NCBI GenBank assembly: GCA_030141605.1
Contig: JAQGDQ010000021.1
Span: forward strand, 868,001 to 932,000
From: Tubiluchus corallicola
Lineage: Eukaryota > Animalia > Priapulida
Length of the DNA: 64,000 nucleotides
Direction of reading: 5' to 3'
The position numbers and the translations under genes are program-made. Under the pieces are notes generated by a model. The model was given only the letters and a program-made list of their open reading frames with translations. It was not told the DNA's origin and searched no databases. Shown one piece after another: positions 1 to 12,204 of this stretch; the first letter of the stretch is position 1; each line of letters begins with the position of its first letter.

Positions 1-625
1 GGAGTGCGTGCAAGACAATTTTGTTTAATTTAACACGCCAGTAACTGATGGTTTTATGGATGGCAAACCAAAGCAACGCACTATTCATAATTTCATGCGT
101 CAGTTGCAAATGCTTTTACGACGTCACTAATTCGACTGGGAATTTGTTAGCAATGTGTCTCTACGCACGGAAGCTAAAGACTATGCCTGTAGGTTTTCTA
201 AATAAGTCATGGTTTTCCGATTAGCCGTGATTTAATCAACGTTTCACAGAGTTTTGCAGACTGAGAAAGTAAGTCTTCAGGTGCATTACAGTCCTTATTG
301 TGGGTACTATTGCAAATGTAAGTCCTTGCATGGTGCAGCTCACTGAGCATGCACCAAGGGACGCATTTCTCGACATGGGGTTTTGACCGTTACACGTCAA
401 GTTTCTGCTCCTTTCCATAATTATTCGTAATCTTCTAATGGTTGACTGTATTGCTAACAGATCACTCCAAGCAAATTTTACTAGTCACTACAAAATTGAG
501 TACAAATTTGTACGGAGTTCACACTAAACGCAATCAGTTGCTTGGTATCTAGTTCAGTCTACAGCCAAAGAAAAAGAATGAATGTGAGTTAGTTGAGAGT
601 ACACTCTCAACTAAGTAGTCCTAAG

Positions 626-815
626 TTAAAGGAAAGGCCAAGCCTTCTGGGAAGTTAAGCTTATTTCAATGTTTGTAAAAAATGTTATCAGGATCAGGTT
701 AACGCTTAAACTAGGTTAAAGTGGTTTTACTACTTCATTATTAAACCCTTCGTTATCATTTTGCGCGAACATGGAAAAAAGCTTAGCTCCCCAGAAAGCT
801 TGGCCTTTTCTTTAA
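626..815. mobile_element. Kolobok-like MITE (family A), internally deleted copy with long imperfect TIRs
   Basis: TTAA-AGGAAAGGCCAAGCCTTCTGGGAAGTTAAGCTT at the left and AAGCTTAGCTCCCCAGAAAGCTTGGCCTTTTCT-TTAA at the right. TTAA flanks with AG...CT termini are typical of Kolobok. Confidence 0.75.
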
Positions 816-2390
816 CTAAATCCAAACTAGCGGGTCCGAATTAAATTATCCAACACCACACTTTAAAAACAGTAAATCGATCCCACCTCTTTCCCCGCTC
901 TCTAAAAATTGAGAAAAGCGCACTTGCCAGATATTTCACCGTATCCGCTTAGGACGACAGATTTTTGAGAAATCCTTTTATAATTGATTTCTAGCGAATT
1001 TCTACAACTAGGTCTCGCCAACACGTGTTCTTACTCAAGCGTCGTACGTCTCCTGTAAAACGGCTGTGTCTTGTTTAGCCAAGTGCCAGCAAGTGGTGAC
1101 GCAAGACAAATAAAACGCACGTGGGTGAGGCGAACAAGATGGTGGTTAAAATCTTCTTGATCAATATTTTTAATGAGCCGTTCACGAGCAAACATTGGGA
1201 GATGTTTAGTTAATTTATAGCAAAGCGGTGTTCATCGTCATCGATGTTTCATCCTTGTAACGGGAAGCCAAAACTAGCAGGTTTGGATAACGAGTACGTC
1301 ACTAACGACACGCAGGGTTGGTGCAGGCGCTATATAAACAAACATGGCTTCATTAGAGAATCAATTATTATCAGCGATCATTGGTCGAAGGACAGAGTTT
1401 GCTTCTAGCAAATTTAACCCGGTTAGTGACACTTGCGTGAACCTATATAGTATAAAGGTTACAGGCTGTTTCATATAACCTTTGCCAATTGCATCATTCT
1501 TCCTTTGAACCACAACACCTGGTTTTCCAATCCAACCCCTCGCCCGCAATTACTCGCTGAAGGTCACTTACTACAACGTGTTCCAAAAGGAACAGTACAC
1601 TAACAAATGCGACAAGCACAGCAATTACACCATGCAATCCTATACGGATGGTCAAACTTATATTGGAATGCACACGTCTAGCAATTATTGTAGTAGAGTT
1701 TTTTAATATACGACTTAGCATGAAATCCCATTTCTTTGTAATTTGATCAGCATATTTCAAAATAGTCAACAAAACAGCATATTTATATTGCATTTCAAAC
1801 ACCTTGCAACTTTTACACAATAATAAGAATTTATTCATTTAGTCCTAGATGCATTACACAATGTGTGAATTTAATTGACAAATTATCGCCAATTGCTGTG
1901 AAATTTCCTCGTATCGTTCTACTGCAAAACCTCGTTCTGCAAAACGTTATTAACTGTTCCCCTGCGAGAAATGGCGTGGAACCGCAATTCTGTATTTCTT
2001 CAACTGGAACTGAACACGAGCACTGAAATCCAGGAAATGGATCGCAAACATTTTCTCCACTGGTTCAACATTTTCTCCTCACAGTTTAACTTTCACACTG
2101 GAAGCTATTTTCAGTCCATTTGCTCTAACCAGGCATAAACCAGTCAACCGTGCTAACGTAAATTCGAGGCCAATTTTGCATGCCTGGCCGCGGGACTTCA
2201 AGGCAAGCGCTTTAAAAAATATAAGCCAGATACGGCTGCATATAAAACAAGACCTTTTGCGCACAATTAAAATGGTAATTAGGCGAACACGGTGCAACAC
2301 GCATCTACCATCTTTTTTAAATCGTTCAGCACACTGCAAGACATTAATCAGCTCTCCATTACATCAGACTCGCATTGTGCAACATATGAC

Positions 2391-2680
2391 TTAAACGAAA
2401 AGCAGACCAAATCTTACACTATAGTGCAAAACAATCTACCCTATAGAATATTGAAAAAGGGACATACCATTTTTCCAAGAATGACTTTCGTGAAAGAATT
2501 GTTACAACAGAACGGTAATTTCGCGTTCGCGCGGCTAGTACCTTGCTGTTACATTCGCTAGTTAGATTGGCGCTAGTGCCTGCATCTCGGAAAGGCGTTG
2601 TGCAAAAAATAGGTGATGTACTTCTCAGTTCAGAGGTGTTCAGTTATAACGTACTGCACACGTTTGAGACCTCATGCACT
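2391..2680 (-). mobile_element. MITE family B, partial copy
   Basis: Reverse complement of ~27700-27960 (shared GTAATTTCGCGTTCGCGCGGCTAGT); begins with TTAA. Inner boundary approximate. Confidence 0.65.
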
Positions 2681-2968
2681 TTGTTTATGCAGTAGTATTC
2701 GGTGATCAATCGTATCAAAGGCCGCACTAATATCTACTTGTACCAGACAAATTACACGTTTCTTATCAATGGCTAATAAGATGTGGTTCTGAATGCAAAG
2801 CAATAAAATTCACAGGTATTACTGTTATGGCTGCTACCATTGCTACTGCTCTTGTGACCGACCAAAATTGTAAGACTTAGGAATATCACTCTTGATTAGT
2901 TTCTTTCACTGGGATGCCGAATTATTCCATTTGTTTGGGAGGATGTACATTATTGAAAGTAGGTTAAA

Positions 2969-3008
2969 GAAAGAGAGAGAGGGGGAGAGAGAGGGAGAGA
3001 GAGGGAGG

Positions 3009-3052
<44 letters not shown>

Positions 3053-3215
3053 AGGAGGAGAAGAGAGGGCGAGAGAGAGGAAGAGAGAGGACGACAGGTG
3101 GATAGAGGGGAGGGAGAGAAAGGGAGAAAGTAGGCGAGAGAGAGAAGGGAGGGAAGTAGAGAGGAAGAAAGGGAGAGGACAAGAGGGAGAGCAAAGGGGA
3201 GGAAAGGAGGGAAGT
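2969..3215. repeat. GA-rich microsatellite / polypurine tract
   Basis: (GA)n and GGA-rich run; explains the ERERER and SLSLSL ORFs. Confidence 0.95.
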
Positions 3216-5249
3216 ACAGTAAATCGAATAGTAAAATAGCAGATCTTGCAATTAAAAACATAACAGTGATTTGATTAATTTCGCAGAAAAAATAATTTCT
3301 GGGAAGAAAGTTCTGACAATTTTTTGTCTGTGAAGCTACTTTTTCTGGAAAATGGTTTTTCTGTGAAAAAGCCCTTCCAGGAAATGGACCTCCAGCCAAC
3401 CAGCTACGCAACCAACCAACCAACCTATCGACTAACCAACCAACAAATCAATCAGCTAAAAAGGAACTAGATATTCGTGGCAGAATCTAGACATTTTCAA
3501 AGGTAAACTTCTGAGAGAAAACAGTGAAGCGACAGAATTGACTCAGCCATTTTCGGAATATGAAATCAACCAGAAGCAGTTTTCCTGGCACAAACCCATC
3601 CCTGCCCATTTATTAATCAAACATAGGATGGCTTACCTCTGCTGGCAAGCGCATTGCGTCACCACTTAGCTATATCCTCGCTCGCGCGCATTTTGGGGTA
3701 TAAAATTTTACAACCTTCAACGCTTACTTCTCATCATGCACTCTTTTGTGGCTTATTAAATTATGCATTGATGTAGAAGTCTGCAGACTATGGTAAATTA
3801 GGCCTAATTGCCAAGCATTTATTATTCACCACATCGGTGCGGGTAAGCTACTGTAAATGTATGTATATAATTATAGGCCAATGATTTCTTGTGACTTTGA
3901 ATTTGAATACACCGAAGCTTGAAGATGCATTTCACTTAATCAAACGTCTTACCATCTCTACAGGATTAAATTCGTCATACATATTGATATATGTAAGTTC
4001 GGTGAAGCAACCTTTTAATGAATTATAATAAAAATTAATTTTATTAATTTCAAATGCACGTAATGCGCGCCGTAAATGCGCACAAAATGTTATCTTCTAT
4101 AAAATTACAACCATTAAAAGTTTTCTTGTGTAACTCAAATTATAATGTTTAAGTACTGTTTAGGGACTGTTTTATATCACCATGATATGCTGCAATGGTT
4201 TCACCATTACAACGTGCAGAAGTCGAAATATCTATAATTCATGAGATTCTATGGATGCCCAACTGGTGTTTTCTAAAATAGATTTTTGTCTACCCGTCTC
4301 CCTATACTTTAACTGGTAACAGTCTTTTTAACTGAAAAACAGTGGGGTTCACGCTAAACAAACATGTATGATGCGAGTTATTTGGCTTCAGATGCCTGGC
4401 AGATGTGCAACCAGGGAAGCTTATGCTGCAATGCCCGTGTAACGTATAGGCCTACTTATACTAAACCCAATGCTGTTTACACTGCAAGTGCAGCCATGTG
4501 GCACATGTACTACATCCAGGCGTGTAATAATCAAAGTTCATGTACTAAATTTGTTACGTGAGCAAAATGGATTGATTGTAAAGTCAATACAAAACTGAAC
4601 AAAATTATTCTTCCTAGTCACCTGAATTTTTAAAAACAATGATATTAAGCAAAAAGATGTCATTGTTAGCCAAGCAAAACATCTACCAGTGGAATAGCGC
4701 AATAAAAATAACTTTGCTTATATTAATGACTAGCCATAATTTTAGGACACATCTTAGAGCTTTACCGTTTACATTTTTAATGTAAATGGGTTCACATATC
4801 ACAGCTGTGACATAAAAGGCACGTAATTCGAGTTACGTCATTCGCGAATAAAATTTAACAATATGAAGATCTAGCTTCTTTGAAATGTAATTAAATCGTG
4901 CAATATGTTAAATTTGGTTTCAAAACCACCACTTTATAGCAATAATGCAAATGAAATCGTGCAATATGTAAAATTTGGTTTCAAAACCACCACTTTATAG
5001 TAATAATCCAACGTTGAACAACCGGTAAGCACTAAGCAGTGATATTGACGTTAGAAAGCGACAAGAAAGCATTATTCTTAAAGCTAAAAAATTTCGTCTT
5101 GAAATTTTGTATGCTGTCTTACTGCTCACAAGCCATCAGGCGCAGCCATTTTAATGGCAAGTCATGTGAAACAAGTTTAGGTAACATTGCGTGAAGTTTG
5201 AAAAAAGAATCAGACTATTCGTAGCGCACTTTTCGTTAACTAAGCAAAA

Positions 5250-5743
5250 GCACAAAATATGCCACAAAAGTTATATTACTTTGCACTACGCTTACCTATT
5301 TAAAAAACTTATGTAACTAGAAAAGAAAATTCTTAATAATTTGAAATGTTCACAGTACCTGGTAAAACGTCACTGACTCACCTTCCCAGTGTAGACTACT
5401 GATTCACCAAAAACACATTATTAATCTTATTGACAAGGTAAAGTAATTTAAACTTTTGCATAGTTAGTGAAGTGTGTGCTATGGATGCTCGATTATTTTT
5501 TCAGATTGTACACAACATTATCTAAACTTGTTTCAAATGACCTATACCTTTAAAATGGCTGTGTATAACGTTCATCACGGGAGTTTCAATTTTCAGGTTT
5601 TACACAACGTTGCTGCTAAAACAAGCTTTGTGTGCAATAAGGCAATATGTCGGTGATACAAAATAAGGCATTATGTCGGTGATACAAAATTTCAAGATGA
5701 CTGTTATAGCTTTAGGTAAGCAAAGGGTTTTCCTGTGCTTTAA
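5250..5743 (+). mobile_element. MITE family C copy
   Basis: Shares AAAGTTATATTAC...CACTGACTCACCTTCCCAGTG...TTTCCTGTGCTTTAA with 22706-23623, 32895-33310 and 40663-41160. Left boundary approximate. Confidence 0.7.
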
Positions 5744-8700
5744 TTAAGCCTCTAGCGTAGACTTTAAACAAGGGACCACGTGCTGTTTTCGTTGCCCCAG
5801 AAGCTAATGACCGTGATGAACGAGATTTCCAGACGGCAAAACGAATAAGACGATTACGTCACAGCGACAAGTCAACCAGCTGATGTCACAGATCCATAGT
5901 ACGATATTGAACTCGATGGGAGCATTGCTCCAAGTGTGCTGTACTCGATAACAAATTATTCAACAAACTTACTTGCAAGTTCAATATTTATTTTAGCGGG
6001 TTGAATTTGAACAGCATGCTGGATTGTGACAAATTTGATTATAAATCAAAATTTCTTGGGCTTCTGGAATTTACACAATTACATATTTTCTGCAGATGTT
6101 TTGATTAAAGTATTACAGTGACAAAACTTACTATCAAAATACTCAACACGATATATTGCATGTATTTGTTTGTCTATCTGTATATTTGTTGTGTTATACG
6201 ATGGAAGTATTAATAAGTTATAAGTTATTAATAAGTTGTGCACTTTAACCTGGTTACCAAGCCTAATATCGACGTACACAGACATTATTACACACTAATA
6301 AATCATACGTGTTATGTATTAGGGTTTCCACCCAGAAGTAGTACCTTAATATGAACCTGAATGAAGAAGACCCTATGCATGCAAGAAATACACGGGCTTC
6401 ATGTGTGTGTATTTATACAATTCCATTAATACATACATGACGTATTCCCATTCATCATTACAAAAAGAAGACAATCTAATTTATATTGCTAACGTGTTTA
6501 ATTACTCGGTTTGTGAAATTACTTTAAGCTGCTCAATTGGACACTTGAGTAACGCAATTATTTCAAGTCACTTAATTGTCTCTCAATAGTTCGAAAACTG
6601 TTTATACAAACAATCAGATGGAACATTTCCAATAATTTTAGTAGCGTAAGTTTTTTTCTCATTGCAGTCTTATAACAAAGGCAAATCTTTCAGCATCATT
6701 TGCTCAGAATTAAAACTAGTACAAACAAATGTAGTTTCATTATTGTGCTTCATATTGAAGATGACTGGACTGATGATTTTTTCTCAGAGATTCTTTAAAT
6801 AGTGATGAAAAAATAATCATACAAAAATAATTATATAAAAAATAAAGTACAACTTCGTCACTTCGTACAACATGAAAAGGATACATCATCATATTAAATC
6901 ATCATATTTAATAAAATATAGTCGGGTAATTTTTACTGCTTAGCTTAGCAAAAAAAATTAGACAACACTAACTATAAAAAACTAAAAAAGGATACACAAC
7001 CAACGCGACGCAAGGTTAACGCTGGAGTATAGATACACTATTTCGTGCAATTGTAGAGGTCCCACTTCGGAAAATGTTAGTCTAAGCAAACACAACCACA
7101 ACAGCAACTTGCTGCTTGAATAGCACAGTATAGACTAATGTATTCGCCGTGTATTTATACACTAACCTACGATTACTGTAATTTACACACGTGTACGCTG
7201 CGGCTGCACAGTCACTGACATTAACTTGTGCAGAGCTTGACGGTTGAAGCCATAGCGAGAGCAGTCAGCCCACACATTGCTCGTACAGGAGCGCATCATT
7301 ACCTCTCCTATTAGCAGTAAGAGACAGAGATAAGCAACTGCTGAACCAGCATCAAGAGGAGGCTAATCGACCATCAAATCGAATACTTCTGACCGACGGT
7401 AGGTCGCAGGTTGTTACTATTGACAAAGCTCTGTCATATGACACGCGCTAAATGAAATACTGTGACAGCATAGAGGCTATGTGTGCTGGCTTACACAAAA
7501 TAAAGTCATCTTCTTCGCTGCCACATGCATAAAGCTTGCTGATGAGCGCGTGCAACATGGTAATGCCACCAAATTATTGGACACATGCAGGCGACCTAGC
7601 CCATTCAAGACGTTAAACTACAGTTAACTTGATTGTCCATGCCTTACATAAATAATAACACAATCAAGTCCATTCATTATGGGCATTGTATACAATGCAG
7701 GCTAACGAGAACAGTTAATTTCGATTCAACATGCATTAAACATATGGTCAGTGGTATTTCTACATGCATCAGCCAACAATTAATTGCTCGCATATAGTGT
7801 AATGTTGGATCGTATATCATCTGTAGAAAAATACTATATCGAAAGCAGTTTGCAATTTTAATGGTGATCGTTATTAATCTGATCGTAAAAAGCTGATCTG
7901 TTAATTCCGTAGAATTAGAATACAATGAGAAAGTAAACTGAAATATAACAGATGTTGAAAATAGTTACGTGTACATTGTGTACTGACATAATATTGTTGC
8001 AGAATCATTGCTACAGGTCTTGAAATAACGTTGACCTCGGATTCATTTTTGCCTTACTTGGCCTTTCTATAACTTGGTCCGAGCACTGCAGCAGGTCTTG
8101 ATAATTAATAAGCCAAGAGCAAGTAAGTCCAAACGCACTGCTACAAATGTTGACATTAGGTATACTTCAGTTCGGATCCATCATTTCAAGACATTCATTT
8201 AGATTCATTCCAATATGTTTTGTTATTACGCGGTTCCAAATTGTTTGCAACAGGTCCTCATGTTATATTAGGATCTGACTCAATTATTATAGCAGTCCTT
8301 GACGCTGCACTGCAAGCTCACATTCAAGCATAGATATCATGTTGATCTCGATATGACTATTTTCACGTCTTATTTATTATATCTTGACATCATATTCGTC
8401 TCGATACCCGTTACGGCTCCAATGATGAAGTTTGTTAGTGGACATAATACAAATTTATTAGGTGTTTTGAAGGCGTGTGGCTAAACAATTTCTTGCAGTT
8501 TTATGGAACTATTTATTTTTCTTACAATTTGCTGCTTATGTATATTGTTTATAAGCTGTTCGTACTGTGCATTTTAGTGTCTGTATGTTTCATTGTTGAA
8601 AATGTAATTGCTTTGCAATTTATTGTACACGCATCTGTTCGATGGCACTAATGAAATATGAATAAGAAATAAGTTATCAATAGAATCTAATATTACTCAC

Positions 8701-10029
8701 GTCTAAAAATTTCGGAATCACAACACAATGGGCATCATAAGACAGTGCCACATTCCCAGTGTGCTTTTCCGAAAGGAAGTTTGCAATGGAATCTTAATCA
8801 AATTACGGTAAAAGGTTTCTTAGTTAAAAGCTATGAGTTCAAACGTTTGAGTTCAAAGCAGCAGTAGAATCTTATTCACTGTGCAGAAGAACAGAGAGAG
8901 AGACGCTGCAGCAATAATTGAGGCTCTAAATCAAATTGAACGTCGCAAACTTCACGCGTCGCTGTTTGTTTACTTGTATTTTGTGGCAAACAAGAGTAAA
9001 CAACTAAATCAAACGTGAATGAAGCGGTGGTATCGACTTACAGAACAGAAAGAAGTTTGGCAGCTCCCAGCTGCCACCTATCGACCGGATCTAGGTTAGT
9101 ACTAGCAAGGCAACACACGATACCTGCGACTTATCGTTCATCGCTTACGGCACTATGTAAACCGCAGAAATCAAGAATAACAATTTTCCGGGCGAAATCC
9201 TATACCGAAAACACTCGTCGAAAACAGGAGGCGCGAAAAACATACAGAAAATAATGAGGTGACAAAAAACAAGATTTTTCATCTAGTGGCGAGGACCTGA
9301 GGACTTGGGTTGCCAAAGAGCGTCACATTTCAATCGTTTAAGCTCTGCTGTAATCAGTACTGCATCTTGTTGCGGTTTCAGCATTACTAAAAGAGTTGTT
9401 TAGGATCATTATTTTTTATTAATTACATAAAGATCATTATTTTTAATTAATTACATAACAGCTGAACAGCATTGTATACCGCCCTACGAAACATACATCA
9501 TGTTTTGTGTGTACATGTCTATCCCATTCATATAGTATCTATGTAGAATTATGTAGATATAGAAAGACGTCATAAATAGTTACACAATTAATGTCGTAAA
9601 ATATACATGAATTTATGAATAAAATCACTAGGTCGTCATGTTTTATACATGGAAAATACTCATTCGAAATGTTTACATAGTAACACGACTCACAAATACA
9701 AAACAAATAGAATCCCATCATAATAGTAACATAACGGTGTTATAATAATTTTCAAAATCATTGTTGACGTTTGATTCAAGTCATCGATTTTGCTACATAA
9801 CATAAGTAGTCCACTTGTTGGCTAATTCTTAAAATTAAACATCCTTCACTTCTTCAAGAAGAAACATATTTGGAGAAATGATCCCTGCCAAATTAATCAT
9901 GATTTTTTTTTAAATACGCGTCAAAGTTTTGTTTAAATTAAAACCAAAGTCAAGTCAATTAGCGTGTTTATTTTACTGTTATCACTAAATTTTGAAATAT
10001 ATGACAAAAAAATTCTAAAAAGCATAAGG

Positions 10030-10462
10030 GTAATTTATAATACCGTTGTACAGAAATTTTCAGTCGCACTGGCAACCGCCATTAACTCGAAAATTATGAC
10101 GTAACTAGTGCACTTCGTGATATTCGTGGCTTTCCGTAAGTACGCGCTGCTTAACTAATTCAAACTTCTGCAGCTGATCTAATGTTCAAGCAGAAATATC
10201 GCAAAATTAGCTGTCTAATTTTTTGTAAAAACTTTTTATATTTTTGACGGAAATTCATAACTTTTCTTCGGTCAATGAACGGTGTCATTGGTGGAAGGAT
10301 GTTCAAAATGGGAGCAGCCGAGCGTGAAATGACGGCGACCTTGAAGTGTTTTTATTAATTACTGCACCAGGTACTTATGACACTTTTATTACCAAATTCT
10401 TCTACAATTTTCGCGAACACTGAAACAAGCGAAACTTCCAGAAGGCTTGATCTTTCCTTTAA
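10030..10462 (+). mobile_element. MITE family A, partial copy
   Basis: Colinear with ~39630-40046 (TCGTGGCTTTCCGTAAG...AAACTTCTGCAGCT...CCAGAAGGC...TTTCCTTTAA); the right end matches the TIR of 626-815. Confidence 0.7.
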
Positions 10463-10574
10463 ACCCGATATTTGTTTCACTGAACTGTAAGTAAAAATTT
10501 CATTTTTAAGCAGCTTGTTTTTGATACTATGAGTTATTATCACATTTGTTTGTAATGATGATCTGCACATGTTT

Positions 10575-10910
10575 TAAATGATGATGATGATGGTGGTGGT
10601 GAGGATGATGATGAAGATGAGGAAGAGGAGGAGACGATGATGATGGTGACGAGGAGGAATTGATGATGATAACAGGATGCAGTAGTCGCTATTTGCCTGA
10701 TGTTCTGCATACGGTTTAAATGGGAGTTTGACGATGACAATGAAGATGGTGATGATGAAGATGACGACGACGAATTGATGATAATGATGATGACGATGAA
10801 GAATTCTTCATGAAGAATGTGTTTATGGCAATGAACTTATTCTATTGTATAATGACGTTATTTTGATTATACAGTTTAAATGAGATTTTGATGATGATGA
10901 CGATGGTGAT
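10575..10910. repeat. Degenerate (GAT/GAC/GAG)n trinucleotide low-complexity tract
   Basis: Interrupted GAT repeats seen directly. Confidence 0.85.
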
Positions 10911-11444
10911 AACAGGATGAACGTTGCATTTATAACTAAACACAGAGTAGGCAGATCCTTCGCGAAAATCATCCCAGATTCGAGTCGTCTAAACACAAAG
11001 CTCCTCAAGGCCAGCACATCGTAAATATTTACCGCTGTCTAGTTAATTTCGACATTTAACTTGTCTATACAATTTACGCACCGCGTTCATGCATGCAGCG
11101 TACGCATTCATATTTATATTACGCACTGGTCGCACTGGAATTATTACTATCAACATGTACAATAATTCATAATCTGTGTAGAAGCTGCACACATGATGGG
11201 TGGTCATCTGCTAAATGTGAATAGCGCATAATATAAGAGTAAATCGCCATGGGTATAATAATAAACTATAACTGTCTATTCATAAACAAACAGTACGCAG
11301 TAGCTGAGACATTTAGAAACAAATGTCTGTGTATTCGGTTCGTGCAGCATTTCTAAAGTAGACATGCAATATTAATTCAATGCTAATAAACACCTGTGTG
11401 CCTAAATATATATATCACAGGTGTTGACAAACACAATAGTGTTC

Positions 11445-11590
11445 AAATAAACAAACAAACATATGAATGAATAATAAAGTAAACAAATAAAAACAAACAA
11501 ATAAATAAATAAATAAATAATGATTAAATATATGAAAAGGCAATAATAAGCAAAAGCAACAAAGCAACAAAGAAGCAAAAGCAAAAAGTA
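11445..11590. repeat. (AAAT/AAAC)n low-complexity tract
   Basis: Direct inspection. Confidence 0.8.
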
Positions 11591-12127
11591 TGCTAAGTAA
11601 CTGGCTAGAGCCTTATAGTGAGTGCATAATATTATGGTATTTACAATGATGACCGTGATGACTGAGAAGACCATGATTATGACGACAATGACAACGATAA
11701 TGAAGGAAGACGATAATTCTATTGTTGTTAAAAGTTGCCGATATAAATGACGACGTAAGTGTTTTTTTTTCAATAAAACTCAGTAGTCCAGCATTCAACA
11801 CTCAGCGCATTGTCTACTCAATATAGAAAACAAGAAAATGTGATAGTCACGACAACAATTGCTAAAATAATAAAGTTTTTGATATTAATCCTAATAATAC
11901 AGGTGCAGTCGACGATTTTAATGGTTTTTGCGATCTTTATAATGGCTGTGATGATCAATAACAATAGTCAAACATTCAGCCTTCGGCATTTTACTTTTCA
12001 CAGTAACGTTTCAATGCACACTTGTCTCGAACAACGAGTATTCGGATTTTCTGGAACACGGGAAAGGGTTATAGACCCTTTTAAGAAAACACGCCTGTGA
12101 GCATATGTGCGTGATTTCAGAGTCGTC

Positions 12128-12204
12128 GTTGCTATGGTACACTTTTGACGTCATTGAGTCACACTATCAATTACAAACTGGCTTACGTCAATGAACCTAG
12201 CAAC
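12128..12204. promoter_or_regulatory. Motif cluster: RFX X-box-like, CRE, AP-1, CRE-like, RFX half-site
   Basis: GTTGCTATGGTAC 12128-12140; TGACGTCA 12146-12153; TGAGTCA 12155-12161; TTACGTCA 12183-12190; CCTAGCAAC 12196-12204. Confidence 0.4.

Noticed and set aside
2892-3423. ORFs rich in ER/SL dipeptides
   Set aside because: Translations of the GA microsatellite.
3631-3700. Minus-strand ATG-MRLPAE followed by the donor GAG|GTAAGC
   Set aside because: Phase 0, incompatible with the phase-2 first exons; too short to support alone.
11402-11773. Hydrophobic 123-aa ORF
   Set aside because: Product of AAAT/GAT low-complexity sequence.
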